From: Anaeromyxobacter sp.
Lineage (GTDB): Bacteria > Myxococcota > Myxococcia > Myxococcales > Anaeromyxobacteraceae
DNA length: 64,000 nucleotides
Direction of reading: 5' to 3'
Assembly: GCA_049840735.1 (NCBI GenBank)
Contig: JASGJN010000013.1
Location: 288,001-352,000, forward strand
The translations under genes and the position numbers were made by a program. Positions 1-14,541 of the stretch are shown here, one piece after another. Each line of letters begins with the position of its first letter. The first letter of the stretch is position 1. Under the pieces are notes generated by a model. The model searched no databases, was not told where the DNA came from, and saw only the letters and a program-made list of their open reading frames with translations.

Positions 1-816
1 CCACCAGTCCTTGCAGCCGCGCTCGCCGCGGCGCACGATCCGAGTCCGGTGCTCCGGCTGGCGGCCGCCTCGTTCGCCGCGTCGCTGCCGCCGCGGGCAC
101 GACCTGGCCTCGCCGGCCCGCTCCTCGCCGACCCGCTGCGGGCCGTCCGGGTCGAAGCAGCCGGCGCGCTCGCCGGGGTTCCGCTCGAGCAGCTCACCCC
201 CGACGCCCGGGCCGCGTGGCCCCGCGCCGCGGAGGACTACATCGCGGCGCAGCGGTACGCCGCGGACCGCCCCGAGGCGCGGACGAACCTGGGCACGTTC
301 TACGCCCGGCTCGGCCGGTTCGGCGAGGCGGCGGCCGAGTTCGACGCCGCGATCCGGCTCGATCCCGCCTTCGTCCCCGCCTACGTGAACTCCGCGGACG
401 CCTTCCGCGCGCAGGGGCTCGAGGACGATGCGCTGCGACGGCTCGAGGCCGGCCTCGCAGCGGCGCCGAGGAGCGCGGCTTTGCATCACGCGCTCGGGCT
501 CGCGCAGGCGAGGCGACGGGACGAGGTCGCGGCGCTGGCGGCGCTCGCTCGCGCCGCCGCCCTCGAGCCCGGCAACGCGCGTTACGCCTACGTCCATGCG
601 ATCGCGCTCAGCTCGTTTGGAAGGACCTCCCAGGCCATCGAAGCGCTGGAGCGCGCGGCCACACGCTGGCCCAGGAACCGCGACGTCCTGTACGCGCTCG
701 CGACCACCCGGCGCGACGCGGGCCGGATCGCCGCCGCCCGCGAGGCCGCCCGCGCCCTGATCGCCGCCTACCCCGGCGATCGCGAGGCGCGGGAGCTCGT
801 CGAGGCGCTCCGGTGA
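1..816 (+). CDS. HEAT/TPR-repeat protein, 3' part (5' end outside window)
   Basis: Frame is open from base 1. HEAT-like 'LLADPLRAVRVEAAGAL' is followed by TPR units such as 'EARTNLGTFYARLGRFGEAAAEFDAAIRLDP'. Confidence 0.75.
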   Translation, partial: PPVLAAALAAAHDPSPVLRLAAASFAASLPPRARPGLAGPLLADPLRAVRVEAAGALAGVPLEQLTPDARAAWPRAAEDYIAAQRYAADRPEARTNLGTFYARLGRFGEAAAEFDAAIRLDPAFVPAYVNSADAFRAQGLEDDALRRLEAGLAAAPRSAALHHALGLAQARRRDEVAALAALARAAALEPGNARYAYVHAIALSSFGRTSQAIEALERAATRWPRNRDVLYALATTRRDAGRIAAAREAARALIAAYPGDREARELVEALR

Positions 817-853
817 CGGGCTCCGGCTGGTCCGGTCTGGCGTCGGATCGCGC

Positions 854-1927
854 TCATCGGGCCGGCGCGGCGTCGTGGACGGCCGCGAAGACGACCTTCC
901 AGTCCCGCTTCATGTCCACCACCGTCCACCCCAGCGCCTTGGCCTCGTCGAGCCCGCGGTCGAGCCGGCCCACCTGGGAGCGCCGGTCATAGGACCACTC
1001 GCGCTCCGCGTCGGTGTGGTGCAGGTAGAGGCAGAGGCGACGACCGCGGCCGGCCGCGGTCCACTGGAGCATCTCCAGGTCGCCATCCGAGTTTCCGAAG
1101 GCGGCGATGGGCCGCCGCCCGATGGCCTGCTGGATGCCGACGGGCTTCCCTGGACCGTCGTCGACGAAGTTCACCTGGGGTAGCCGAACCAGCGCCGGCT
1201 TGCCATCTCGCACTTCGAAGCGGGTCGTGATGCTGCTGCCGATCACCTGCTCGGGCGGGATCCCATAGCTCTGCTCCGCCCACGCGCGCATGAACTCGAC
1301 GCCACCGCCGGAGACGATGTACGTCTTGAACCCGTTGGCGCGCAGGTAGGCCAGCAGCTCCACCATCGGCTGGTACACCATCTCGGTGAAGAGCCGCCCC
1401 GTCCCTGGGTGCCGAGCGGTGGCGATCCACTGGCGCACGGTGGTGTCGAACTCGTCGGTGGTCATGCCCGCGTGCGTGGCCATGACCAGCTCCACGAGCG
1501 CACGCTCCCCGCCGCCCATCGCGCTCTTCGCGTCGCCCCGGAGCACCGAGGCGAACGGCTCCTTCTGCTTCCACTCGGGATGCCGTGGCGCGAGCGCCTT
1601 CACGCGATCCATGGCGAAGATCAGCTGGACGTAGATGGGCTGCTCGGCCCAGAGGGTGCCGTCGTTGTCGAACGTGGCGATGCGCTCGGCGACCGGCACG
1701 AAGTCCGTCGACCCCTCCCTCGTCACGCTCTCCACGAAGCGGACGATGGCCGTCTTGGCCGCTCCGTCGTTCCAGGACGGGAGCGCGTCGCCCCCTGCGC
1801 CGTCGGCGCGGGCGGGCGCCGAGCCGGCCAGCATCAGCGCGACGCAGAGCCGGGTCGCGGAGAGCGTCCCAGGCACCGCGTCGAGGCGGCGGCCGCGCGG
1901 CCTGCCCTCAAGGTGATTGCCGTGCAT
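854..1927 (-). CDS. Exported HAD-superfamily hydrolase (non-specific acid phosphatase-like)
   Basis: HAD motifs 'FDNDGTLW', 'IVSGGG' and 'FGNSDGD'. Signal peptide ends at 'APARA'. Start uncertain. Confidence 0.85.
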   Translation of the reverse strand: MHGNHLEGRPRGRRLDAVPGTLSATRLCVALMLAGSAPARADGAGGDALPSWNDGAAKTAIVRFVESVTREGSTDFVPVAERIATFDNDGTLWAEQPIYVQLIFAMDRVKALAPRHPEWKQKEPFASVLRGDAKSAMGGGERALVELVMATHAGMTTDEFDTTVRQWIATARHPGTGRLFTEMVYQPMVELLAYLRANGFKTYIVSGGGVEFMRAWAEQSYGIPPEQVIGSSITTRFEVRDGKPALVRLPQVNFVDDGPGKPVGIQQAIGRRPIAAFGNSDGDLEMLQWTAAGRGRRLCLYLHHTDAEREWSYDRRSQVGRLDRGLDEAKALGWTVVDMKRDWKVVFAAVHDAAPAR

Positions 1928-2074
1928 CCCGCACCCTCCCGGGTCACCGTCTGCTGTGCGAGTGGCCTCGCTTGGCCATCCCGAACGCAGCCCCGTACAC
2001 GAAGACCTACCGGGAGTGGTGCGAAAATGCCGGTCCAGTGCGACGTAAGTGCCCCCAGCACCCTGACGGAGCAG

Positions 2075-2482
2075 CTACGACCGGCGCTCGGCGACGAACG
2101 CCGCTCCCCGCGGCGGCATGCCGTTCACCTCGACGAGCGGCTCGTCTCCGTCAGCCTCGACGAACGAGAGCTTCAACTGCTTCCCGAGCGCCAAGCCGAT
2201 CTTCCGGAGTGTTTCCCATCGGGGCGTCCGCTGGTCGAGGCCGCGCTCCATCCGCGCGATCATCGGCTGGCTGACCCCGACCATCTTCGCGAGCTGCGCC
2301 TGCGTCAGCCCCGCCTGCTCGCGCATGCTGCGAACGACGATGGCGACCTCGTGGACGAGCCGACGCTGCTCGAGGTGGTGTCGGAACTCGGGGTCCGCGA
2401 GCTGCTTCCCGAGGTAGGCATCGAGCGCCACTCCGGCGGGTCGCATCGTCTTCCTGGTGGTCCGGCGAGCCATCGTCGTCAC
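2075..2482 (-). CDS. XRE-family HTH antitoxin (HigA-like)
   Basis: 'REQAGLTQAQLAKMVGVSQPMIARMERG' is an HTH_3 signature. Lies directly downstream of the toxin. Confidence 0.8.
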   Translation of the reverse strand: MTTMARRTTRKTMRPAGVALDAYLGKQLADPEFRHHLEQRRLVHEVAIVVRSMREQAGLTQAQLAKMVGVSQPMIARMERGLDQRTPRWETLRKIGLALGKQLKLSFVEADGDEPLVEVNGMPPRGAAFVAERRS

Positions 2483-2483
2483 C

Positions 2484-2798
2484 TCACAGCTTCTTCATTC
2501 GTCCGCGGGCCGCGGCGATGCCAGCGTCCTGGTCCTGCTTCTTGCAGACGTGCAGGACCCAGACGACGCCGCTCTTCTGGCAGAAGAACGTGCGGAAGCC
2601 ACCCGTCCGGATCTCGAACATCCCGCGGTTCTGCTGCCCCCTGATCGGCTTCATCGAAATCGGCGCCTGCAGCCCGTGGTCCCGAAAGGCCATGATGTCC
2701 GCGACGACCTGCGCCCGATCGCGGCCGAGCAGCTCGTCGAGGAACTCGGTGGGCTGGCTCCGCCCAGCGTGGGTCGTGTAGAAGCGGACCTCGAACAC
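2484..2798 (-). CDS. Type II toxin, RelE/ParE superfamily (Gp49/HigB-like)
   Basis: 104 aa with 'VRFYTT..GR..P..EFLDEL', 'GMFEIR', 'RTFF' and 'VLHVCKKQ'. Toxin-first gene order. Confidence 0.8.
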   Translation of the reverse strand: MFEVRFYTTHAGRSQPTEFLDELLGRDRAQVVADIMAFRDHGLQAPISMKPIRGQQNRGMFEIRTGGFRTFFCQKSGVVWVLHVCKKQDQDAGIAAARGRMKKL

Positions 2799-2806
2799 TC
2801 CGTGAC

Positions 2807-2833
2807 ATAACCACGTGGATATTAGCGCGTCAA
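2807..2833 (-). promoter_or_regulatory. Putative TA promoter with palindromic operator
   Basis: TTGACG (-35-like) at 2833-2828. Near-perfect palindrome ATAACCACGTGGATAT at 2807-2822, just upstream of the toxin GTG. Confidence 0.55.
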
Positions 2834-2887
2834 GCGGGCTTTACACCAGCGGAGTACGATGGACGCACATGCAACGTCTCGGACCCG

Positions 2888-2930
2888 GCGAAGGCCTCGC
2901 GTCGCCGCCGCCTCCTACGCCGCCTGCCCC
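2888..2930. repeat. 43-bp direct repeat, copy 1
   Basis: GCGAAGGCCTCGCGTCGCCGCCGCCTCCTACGCCGCCTGCCCC, identical to 3500-3542. Confidence 0.95.
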
Positions 2931-3063
2931 CATGGTGAACAAGGCCGCCGACGCCTGGCTCCCCGGCGCTCATGGCCCTTGAGACATGCCCCAGCTGCGG
3001 CGATGAGGGCAACGGGGCCAGCTGACCCGCATCGCGTCCCCGTTCGACTACGAAGCAGGCGAC

Positions 3064-3384
3064 CTACGCCGCCGACGTCAGCCTCAGTCCGACGATCGAC
3101 ACCACGAGGAGCGCGACGAAGACGATGCGCAGCGGGGGCATCGCCTCATCGAAGAGGACGATGCCGCCGATGGCCGCCCCGACGACGCCGATCCCAACCC
3201 AGACCGCGTAGGCCGTTCCGATCGGAAGGGTGCGTGCTGCTCGTGCGAGCAGGAGCATGCTCGCGACGATCGCGGAGGCAGTGATGACCGTCGGGACCGG
3301 ACGCGTGAAGCCCTGCGTGTACTTGAGACCGAGTGACCAGACGACTTCCAGGAGACCAGCGACGACAAGGACGAACCACGCCAT
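3064..3384 (-). CDS. sugE: SMR-family guanidinium exporter Gdx (SugE)
   Basis: 106 aa, 4 TM. '[15 protein letters not shown]' and '[14 protein letters not shown]'. GGAGG SD and an upstream guanidine riboswitch. Confidence 0.92.
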   Translation of the reverse strand: MAWFVLVVAGLLEVVWSLGLKYTQGFTRPVPTVITASAIVASMLLLARAARTLPIGTAYAVWVGIGVVGAAIGGIVLFDEAMPPLRIVFVALLVVSIVGLRLTSAA

Positions 3385-3396
3385 GGAATCCCTCCA

Positions 3397-3437
3397 CGGC
3401 CCGTCGTTCCTTCCTGGTACGGGTCGCCCTCGTCAGG
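3397..3437 (-). ncRNA. Guanidine-III (ykkC-III) riboswitch
   Basis: RNA CCUGACGAGGGCGACCCGUACCAGGAAGGAACGACGGGCCG forms a pseudoknot from CCUG/CAGG and CCCGU/ACGGG, with ACGAGG, CGUAC and GACGG elements. It abuts the sugE SD. Confidence 0.85.
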
Positions 3438-3499
3438 GCTCGAAATGAGCGGGCCATACATAGTCCGCCCGGGTCCGTCTGGGCAACCCACGTCGTCTC

Positions 3500-3542
3500 G
3501 CGAAGGCCTCGCGTCGCCGCCGCCTCCTACGCCGCCTGCCCC
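3500..3542. repeat. 43-bp direct repeat, copy 2 (overlaps the hybrid kinase stop codon)
   Basis: Identical to 2888-2930 and includes the TAG at 3527-3529. Confidence 0.95.
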
Positions 3543-6500
3543 AGCACCAGCTCGATCCTCTCCGGGTCCGGCGGCTTCGCCACGTGGACGTCGAACCCGG
3601 CGGCGAACGCGCTCGCGACGTCGTCCGGGTGCGCATAGCCGCTCACGGCGACCAGCCTGAGCTTGCGGTGGCCCGCCACGCCACGGCACTGCCGGGCGAA
3701 CTCGTAGCCGTCCATCCCGGGGAGCCCGATGTCGCAGAGGACGACGTCCGGGAGCGCCTCCGCCACGCGCGCGAGCCCGTCGAAGGCGTCATAGGCCACC
3801 TCGACGTCGTGGCCCATCATCGAGACCAGCTGCGCGAGCGAGTCTGCGGCGTCGTGGTTGTCGTCGATGACCAGGACCCGGCGCCGCCCGGCCGCCGCGG
3901 GGATGACCGGAGCTGCCGCCGCGCTCGAAGGGGCGCGCTCCACGCCGGCGAGCGGGAAGCGCAGGACGAACTCCGTCCCGTGCCCCGGTCCCTCGCTCAC
4001 GGCCGAGACCTCGCCGCCGTGCAGCGCGACGAGGCTCCTCACCAGCGCCAGGCCCAGCCCGAGCCCGCCCTCGCTCCGCGCCAGGGTCTGCTTCGCCTGG
4101 GTGAAGGGCTCGAAGATCGACGGCATCATCTCCCGGTCGATGCCCGCGCCGGTGTCGGCCACCCTCACGACCGCGCTCGGCTCCTGCTCCTCGACGGTCA
4201 CGGTGACCCTCCCCCCCGCTGGCGTGAACTTGGCCGCGTTGTGGAGGAGGTTCCCGAGCACCTGCGCGAGGCGCGTCTCGTCGCCGTACACCGGGACGCG
4301 CCTGGCGGGCAGCGCCACCGCCAGCTCGAGGTGGCGCTCGCGCATCAGGGGGCGGTGGTCCTCCGCGGCCCGCCGGGCCAGCGCGGCGAGATCCAGCGCC
4401 GCGCTGCGCAGCTCGATTCTGCCGCGCGCGATCCGGGTCACGTCGAGGAGGTCGTCGACGAGCCGCGTCAGGTGCGCCAGCTGGCGGCCGGCGATCTGCC
4501 GGGCGCGGGCCGCCTGGGGTCCGCTCGCCTCGGCATGGTCGAGGATGTGGAGCGCGTTGCGGATGGGGGCGAGCGGGTTGCGCAGCTCGTGCGAGAGCAT
4601 CCCCAGGAACTCGTCCTTGCGGCGGTCCGCCTCCCGCAGCGCGAGCTCGGCCCGGCGCTGCTCGGTGAGATCGGTGGCGGAGAGGAAGATGAGCCGCTGG
4701 CCGCTCGCGGTGCGCACCAGCGCGCCGGAGTAGGAGATGAACCGCTCCCAGCCCTGATCCGGCCGCCGGATGCGCAGCTCCAGGCCGCGGACCGCCTCAC
4801 CGCGCTTGATGCGCCGGATGGGCCACTCGCCAACCTCGAGCTGGCGCGTGCCGTCCGGCGTCCAGAGCTCGAACGTCCCACGCAGCCGCTCCAGCGGCTC
4901 GATCCCCTCGCGCTCGCTCCGGAGACCGTGCATGGCCCGGGCCGCGGGGTTCCAGTAGATCACCTGCTCGTCCTCGGTCGCGAGGATCGCGCCCTCGGCG
5001 AAGTTCTCGATGGCGGCGTTCCAGCGCTCCTCGCTGGCGCGCAGCGCCTCGTTGGTCTCGCGGAGCGCCTCCTCCGCCTGCTGGCGCGCCTGCTCCGCGC
5101 GCTTGCGCTCGCTGAGGTCGATCCCGATCCCGACCTGCGTGTCGTCGGAGAGCCTCAGGTTGGCCCACGTGCTCGGCACGACGTTGCCGCCCCTGGCCAC
5201 CACCGGGAACTCGCGCCAGCCGGGCGCGAGGCTCGTCATGTGCTCGACGGCGTTCGCGCGCACCTCGGGGTCCGGGTAGGCGCGGAGCATGAGGTCGCCG
5301 GCGGCGGCGTCCGCCTCCGTCCACCCCAGGACACGCTTGAACTCCTCGTTGAACCTGAAGCCGCCCAGGGCGGGGTGGTACATGGTGATCATCACCGGCA
5401 GCCGGTCGACCAGCCTCGCCAGCAGCTCCTTCTCTCGCGCGCTCGCCTCCTCGGCGCGCTTCCTCCGCGTGATGTCCGTGAAGATGATGGCGAACTGCCC
5501 CGGCGCGGGCTGGTAGCTGTAGACGTCGAAGTGCCGGTCGAGGTCCCGGTTGTAGTTCTCGAACCGGACCGGCTTCCCGGAGAGGGCGACGGCCCCGTAG
5601 ATCTCGACCCACGCCGGCTCCAGCCCCGGGAGCACCTCGCGGAGCGGACGTCCGCGGGCCCGCTCCACCTCCAGCCCCGACTGGCGCTCGAAAGCGGCGT
5701 TCATCTCGACGAACCGGATGTCGCGCAGGGTCCCGGCCTCGTCCAGGATCGGCTCCCCGATGGCGAACCCCTCGGTCATGCTGCTGAAGAGGTTGCGGTA
5801 CCGCTCCTCGCTCGCGCGAAGCGCCTCCTCGCCGCGCCTGCGGTCGGCGAGGATGGCCTCCAGCTGGGCGGCGTGGGCCCGCGCGTCCTCCTCGGCCCTG
5901 CGGATGGCCTCCTCCGCGCGCTTCTGCTGCGAGACGTCGCGGGTGATGGCCAGGATGGAGGCCACCTGGCCGGACTCGTCCCGCTCCGGGACGAACAGCG
6001 ACGAGAAGGCCTGCCGACCGAAGGCCGGGCTCTCGAACTCGAACTCGACGGTCCGCTGCTCGCCGGTCGCGAAGACCGCCTCGAAGTGGCCCTTCCAGAA
6101 CGCCACCTTCTCCGGCGGCATCCCCAGCTCGGCGTTGGTCTTCCCCACCACCTCGCGCGCCGGGACGCCGTATACCTGCGCGCCGTAGCCGTTCACGTAG
6201 GTGTGCCGGAGCCGCCGGTCGAAGCGCGCGATGACCTCGGGCGCGTTCTCCGCCAGGGTCCGGTAGCCCTCCACCGCGCGGCGCAGCGCCCGCTGTGCCT
6301 GGATGCGCGCGGTGACGTCGCGGGTGAAGGCCAGGACCGACAGGACGCGCCCGTCCGCCCCTGACTCCGGGACGAGCGTGGCCTCGAAGTGCCGCCTCGC
6401 GGCGCCCTGGCCGGTGTCGAATTCGAAGCCCGCCGGCGCGGCGCGGTCGAACGCACGCGTGAGCTGCCGCTCCCAGGCGCCGACCAGCGCGGGATCCAGC

Positions 6501-6664
6501 CCCAGGTCCCGGTGCGTCCTGCCGAGCACCTGCCCGGCGGGCAGGCCGGCGAGGCGCGCCGCAGCGGCGTTCACGGAGAGATGCCGCAGCTGGCGATCGA
6601 ACCGCGCGATGAGGGCGTCCGGCTCGGCGCCGCTCTCCGTCCTCCAGCCAGGCTGGCTGTCCAT
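3527..6664 (-). CDS. Cytoplasmic multi-PAS hybrid histidine kinase/response regulator
   Basis: About five PAS repeats, H-box 'LSHELRNPL', N-box '[10 protein letters not shown]', G-boxes 'DTGAGI' and 'GLGLGL', C-terminal receiver '[12 protein letters not shown]'. Confidence 0.93.
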   Translation of the reverse strand: MDSQPGWRTESGAEPDALIARFDRQLRHLSVNAAAARLAGLPAGQVLGRTHRDLGLDPALVGAWERQLTRAFDRAAPAGFEFDTGQGAARRHFEATLVPESGADGRVLSVLAFTRDVTARIQAQRALRRAVEGYRTLAENAPEVIARFDRRLRHTYVNGYGAQVYGVPAREVVGKTNAELGMPPEKVAFWKGHFEAVFATGEQRTVEFEFESPAFGRQAFSSLFVPERDESGQVASILAITRDVSQQKRAEEAIRRAEEDARAHAAQLEAILADRRRGEEALRASEERYRNLFSSMTEGFAIGEPILDEAGTLRDIRFVEMNAAFERQSGLEVERARGRPLREVLPGLEPAWVEIYGAVALSGKPVRFENYNRDLDRHFDVYSYQPAPGQFAIIFTDITRRKRAEEASAREKELLARLVDRLPVMITMYHPALGGFRFNEEFKRVLGWTEADAAAGDLMLRAYPDPEVRANAVEHMTSLAPGWREFPVVARGGNVVPSTWANLRLSDDTQVGIGIDLSERKRAEQARQQAEEALRETNEALRASEERWNAAIENFAEGAILATEDEQVIYWNPAARAMHGLRSEREGIEPLERLRGTFELWTPDGTRQLEVGEWPIRRIKRGEAVRGLELRIRRPDQGWERFISYSGALVRTASGQRLIFLSATDLTEQRRAELALREADRRKDEFLGMLSHELRNPLAPIRNALHILDHAEASGPQAARARQIAGRQLAHLTRLVDDLLDVTRIARGRIELRSAALDLAALARRAAEDHRPLMRERHLELAVALPARRVPVYGDETRLAQVLGNLLHNAAKFTPAGGRVTVTVEEQEPSAVVRVADTGAGIDREMMPSIFEPFTQAKQTLARSEGGLGLGLALVRSLVALHGGEVSAVSEGPGHGTEFVLRFPLAGVERAPSSAAAAPVIPAAAGRRRVLVIDDNHDAADSLAQLVSMMGHDVEVAYDAFDGLARVAEALPDVVLCDIGLPGMDGYEFARQCRGVAGHRKLRLVAVSGYAHPDDVASAFAAGFDVHVAKPPDPERIELVLGQAA

Positions 6665-7008
6665 GTGGCCCTCCCGCGACACGGACCCACACAACCGCTG
6701 GTGAGGAACCAGTCATTCCGCGCCCGCCGCGAGGCCTGCCTGGCCGGGCGCCCAGCCTGGCCTCGCCAGGTTGCTGCACGACCACCATCCGGGGGCGGTC
6801 ATTGGAGGCGCCTCCGCTGCGCGGTTCATTCGGGTCCGGCTGCACCGGGGCTCGCTGCGTGAGGCGTCCGATCCCGTGGAACCGCGACGCGTTTCGCGCG
6901 ATGCGCGGCCTCGCTCACACCTCCGCTCCCTGGCTACTCCCAAGAGCCCATTGTCCCGCACCCGGCGGCTGTGGGGAGCATGTGCGTTCCCCGTTGCCGG
7001 AGGTAGCG

Positions 7009-9802
<2,794 letters not shown>

Positions 9803-9806
<4 letters not shown>

Positions 9807-10744
9807 GCGCAGCTCGACCGGAAGGCGGTCAGCGTCCAGGTCGTCGCCGCGCCGTCGACCCAAGGTCCAATTGTGGCGCCCGCGTCGCCGGGCGAGCCTG
9901 GAGTGTGTTCCCGCGCCCGCTCGCCCTGCTCGCCTGCCTCTTCGCCGCCCGCGCGGCGCTGGCGGATCCCGTCAGCGCCCCGGCCGATCGGCGCCTGCCC
10001 ATCGGCGGCGACTGGGCCCGCGCGAAGGGCATCGAGCTGCCGAAGCCGTTCGGCGTGGGCGTGTTCCTCGTCAACATGCGCCGCGACCTCGAGGTCTCCG
10101 ACGTGCGGGTCACCCTGCCGGGCCAGGGGGCGCAGAGCATCTCGGACCTGGCGAGCTTCGACGTGCGCAACACCACCACGCTCGCGGCCGTCAAGCTCGA
10201 CGCCTGGGTGTTCCCGGTGCTCGACGTCTATGCCATGGCCGGCCACACCTGGACCGACAGCCGGCTCGGGGTCACGGTCAGGGTGGATCGCGCACCGGGC
10301 GAGGACCTCGTCCTGCAGACGAGCCGCGAGGGACAGGTGGGCGGCCCGCTCCTCGGGGGTGGCGCGACCCTGGTCGCAGGCTACGGGCGGTGGTTCGTGC
10401 TCGCCGACGCCAACTACAGCTGGTCGGACATCGACGCGTTCCAGGGCGGCATCGGCGCGCTGTTCGCGTCCGCGCGCACCGGGTGGTCGGGCAAGGCGCA
10501 GGGGGTCGCCTGGCGCGCCTGGCTGGGCGCCGCCTACCTCGCCACGCAGCGCACGATCCGCGTGGAGCAGCAGACCGACGCCGGGCCGGTGGTGGTCGAG
10601 ATCGACCAGCAGCCGGTCCACCCGGTCACGCTCCAGGTCGGCGGCAGCCTGGGGTTGGGGGAGCAGTGGGAGCTGCTGGCCGAGCTGGGCACCAACTCCG
10701 GCCAGGACTTCGTGGGCGTCTTCTCGGCGGCCTACCGATTCTAG
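9803..10744 (+). CDS. Putative outer-membrane beta-barrel protein
   Basis: ATGA overlap with the previous stop, a hydrophobic signal segment, 'LPKPFGVG', '[13 protein letters not shown]', amphipathic strands and C-terminal 'AAYRF'. Confidence 0.6.
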
Positions 10745-10765
10745 ACCGGGCCCGCGGGGCCGCCC

Positions 10766-11386
10766 TCACCCCGCCTCGAGGAACCGCACCTCGCCGGTGG
10801 TGATGTCCGCCACCGCGCCCACCAGGCGCATCACGCCCTCCTGCTGCCGTGCCTTTGCCTCGGGCGTCGCCATGATCTGCCGGATGGTCCAGCGCACGTT
10901 GGCCTCGACGCCGGCGCGGAGCTGCGCCTCGGGCGAGGCCGCCGGGTCGATGCCCTCCAGCCCGGGCTGCATGGTGTCGAGGAGCGCGGCGATGCGGCTG
11001 CGCTCCTGGCCGCCGCGGAACCTGGCCTCCAGCGCCGCCGCCACGGCGCCGCAACCCTCGTGGCCCAGCACCACGAACAGCGGCGTGCGCAGGTGGACGC
11101 CGGCGTACTGCAGCGTGCCCGCCACCTCGGCGGAGATGACGTTGCCGGCCAGCCGCACCACGAACAGCTCGCCGAACCCGGCGTCGAAGAGGAGCTCGGG
11201 CGGCACCCGCGAGTCGGCGCAGCCCAGGATGGTGACGTAGGGGTGCTGCCCCCGCGCCAGCTCCGCCAGCACCTCCTTCTGCACGGTGGGGAAGCGGGCC
11301 TCGCCGCGCACGAAGCGCGCGTTGCCGGCGCGGAGCCGCTCGAGGGCCTCGGCTGCGGTGTAGGCGGGGGCGGGCGGGTGGGCCAT
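10766..11386 (-). CDS. Beta-class carbonic anhydrase
   Basis: 'GCADSRVPPE', 'GELFVVRLAGN' and 'LGHEGCGAV'. Confidence 0.93.
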   Translation of the reverse strand: MAHPPAPAYTAAEALERLRAGNARFVRGEARFPTVQKEVLAELARGQHPYVTILGCADSRVPPELLFDAGFGELFVVRLAGNVISAEVAGTLQYAGVHLRTPLFVVLGHEGCGAVAAALEARFRGGQERSRIAALLDTMQPGLEGIDPAASPEAQLRAGVEANVRWTIRQIMATPEAKARQQEGVMRLVGAVADITTGEVRFLEAG

Positions 11387-11464
11387 GACCGAGACTCTCC
11401 GGCCGTCCGCGGGAGAGGTCAACCGCCGGTCGCCCCCCGAGACGGGTGCACGCCCCGACGACGA

Positions 11465-11498
11465 GGGGGCCGCCCTGCGCAGCGGCAGGGCGACCCCC
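11465..11498 (-). terminator. GC-rich hairpin downstream of katG
   Basis: 14-bp stem GGGGGCCGCCCTGC/GCAGGGCGACCCCC with one mismatch. No clear U-tract. Confidence 0.45.
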
Positions 11499-11524
11499 GG
11501 GTGACGGCGTACGGGCGCTGCGGG

Positions 11525-13709
<2,185 letters not shown>

Positions 13710-14099
13710 GGTCTGGTCTCCTTCTCCCCTCGTGAACGGCAGCTTGCTCCCTCAGCCCGCCACGCCGCCAAGACCGTGTTTGAATCAGGGTGAGAGGCCA
13801 CGCCTATCGCGCCAGCCCCGCCTGCCCGTCCTCCCGGCCGGGGCCGCTGCGGGCGGCCTGCCGAGGGCTTTCGCCGCTGTCCCAGCCGAGGCGTGGAAGT
13901 AGCCGGGCCCCACTGCGCGGCGCCCCTCTCACCCCCCACATCCGCACTTCTACGTGCCCCGACCGGCTGCGGCAGGCTGCGGCAGTCCCCCGGGCGATGG
14001 AGGCGCGCATCACTGTCCGTCAACTCCCGCGCGATTTCCGCTCCGCCGCGCCGCGTCAGGCGTACGATCCTGTTGGAAGTTCACACCAGGGAGCGAGCG

Positions 14100-14516
14100 A
14101 TGAAGCTGACCTGCTTCCACCTGGACGGGGCGCCGCGGTCACCGAGCCTCTACTCCTTCGCGCGCGTGCTGGGCGCCGGTCCGGAGTCGGACCGGTACCA
14201 GCGCCACCTCGCCGGCGGGCTCTCCGCCATGAGCGGCCAGCCGGAGGAGGCGGAGCGCCTGCTGCGCGCCATCGAGCGGGTGGAGCGCGGCGAGGCCTCG
14301 ACCGAGATCTGCGAGCTGGACGACGAGACCGAGGCGGTGGTCCGCTCGGACGGCGTCCAGATCGGCCACCTCATCGCCGACGACTGGACCGAGGACGAGG
14401 AGGGGCGCTTCCGGTTGGCCACCTTCAAGGCCGCCGTGCAGGGCTGGGTGGCCTTCCTGCGCATGCCCGACCCCGCCTCCGCGCTCGAGGTCGAGCTGCC
14501 GGAGGAGGACCGCTGA
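14100..14516 (+). CDS. Hypothetical acidic protein (138 aa)
   Basis: GGAG SD, GC3-biased codons, followed by a hairpin at 14515-14534. Confidence 0.7.
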   Translation: MKLTCFHLDGAPRSPSLYSFARVLGAGPESDRYQRHLAGGLSAMSGQPEEAERLLRAIERVERGEASTEICELDDETEAVVRSDGVQIGHLIADDWTEDEEGRFRLATFKAAVQGWVAFLRMPDPASALEVELPEEDR

Positions 14517-14541
14517 GGGGTGACGCGACCCCTCACTCGAT

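Noticed and set aside
1928..3526. Integron cassette array or IS element around the TA and gdx genes
   Set aside because: No intI, transposase, terminal inverted repeats or convincing attC sites.
6757..6775. Sigma-54 promoter upstream of GH63
   Set aside because: The GG to GC spacing is 12 rather than 10.
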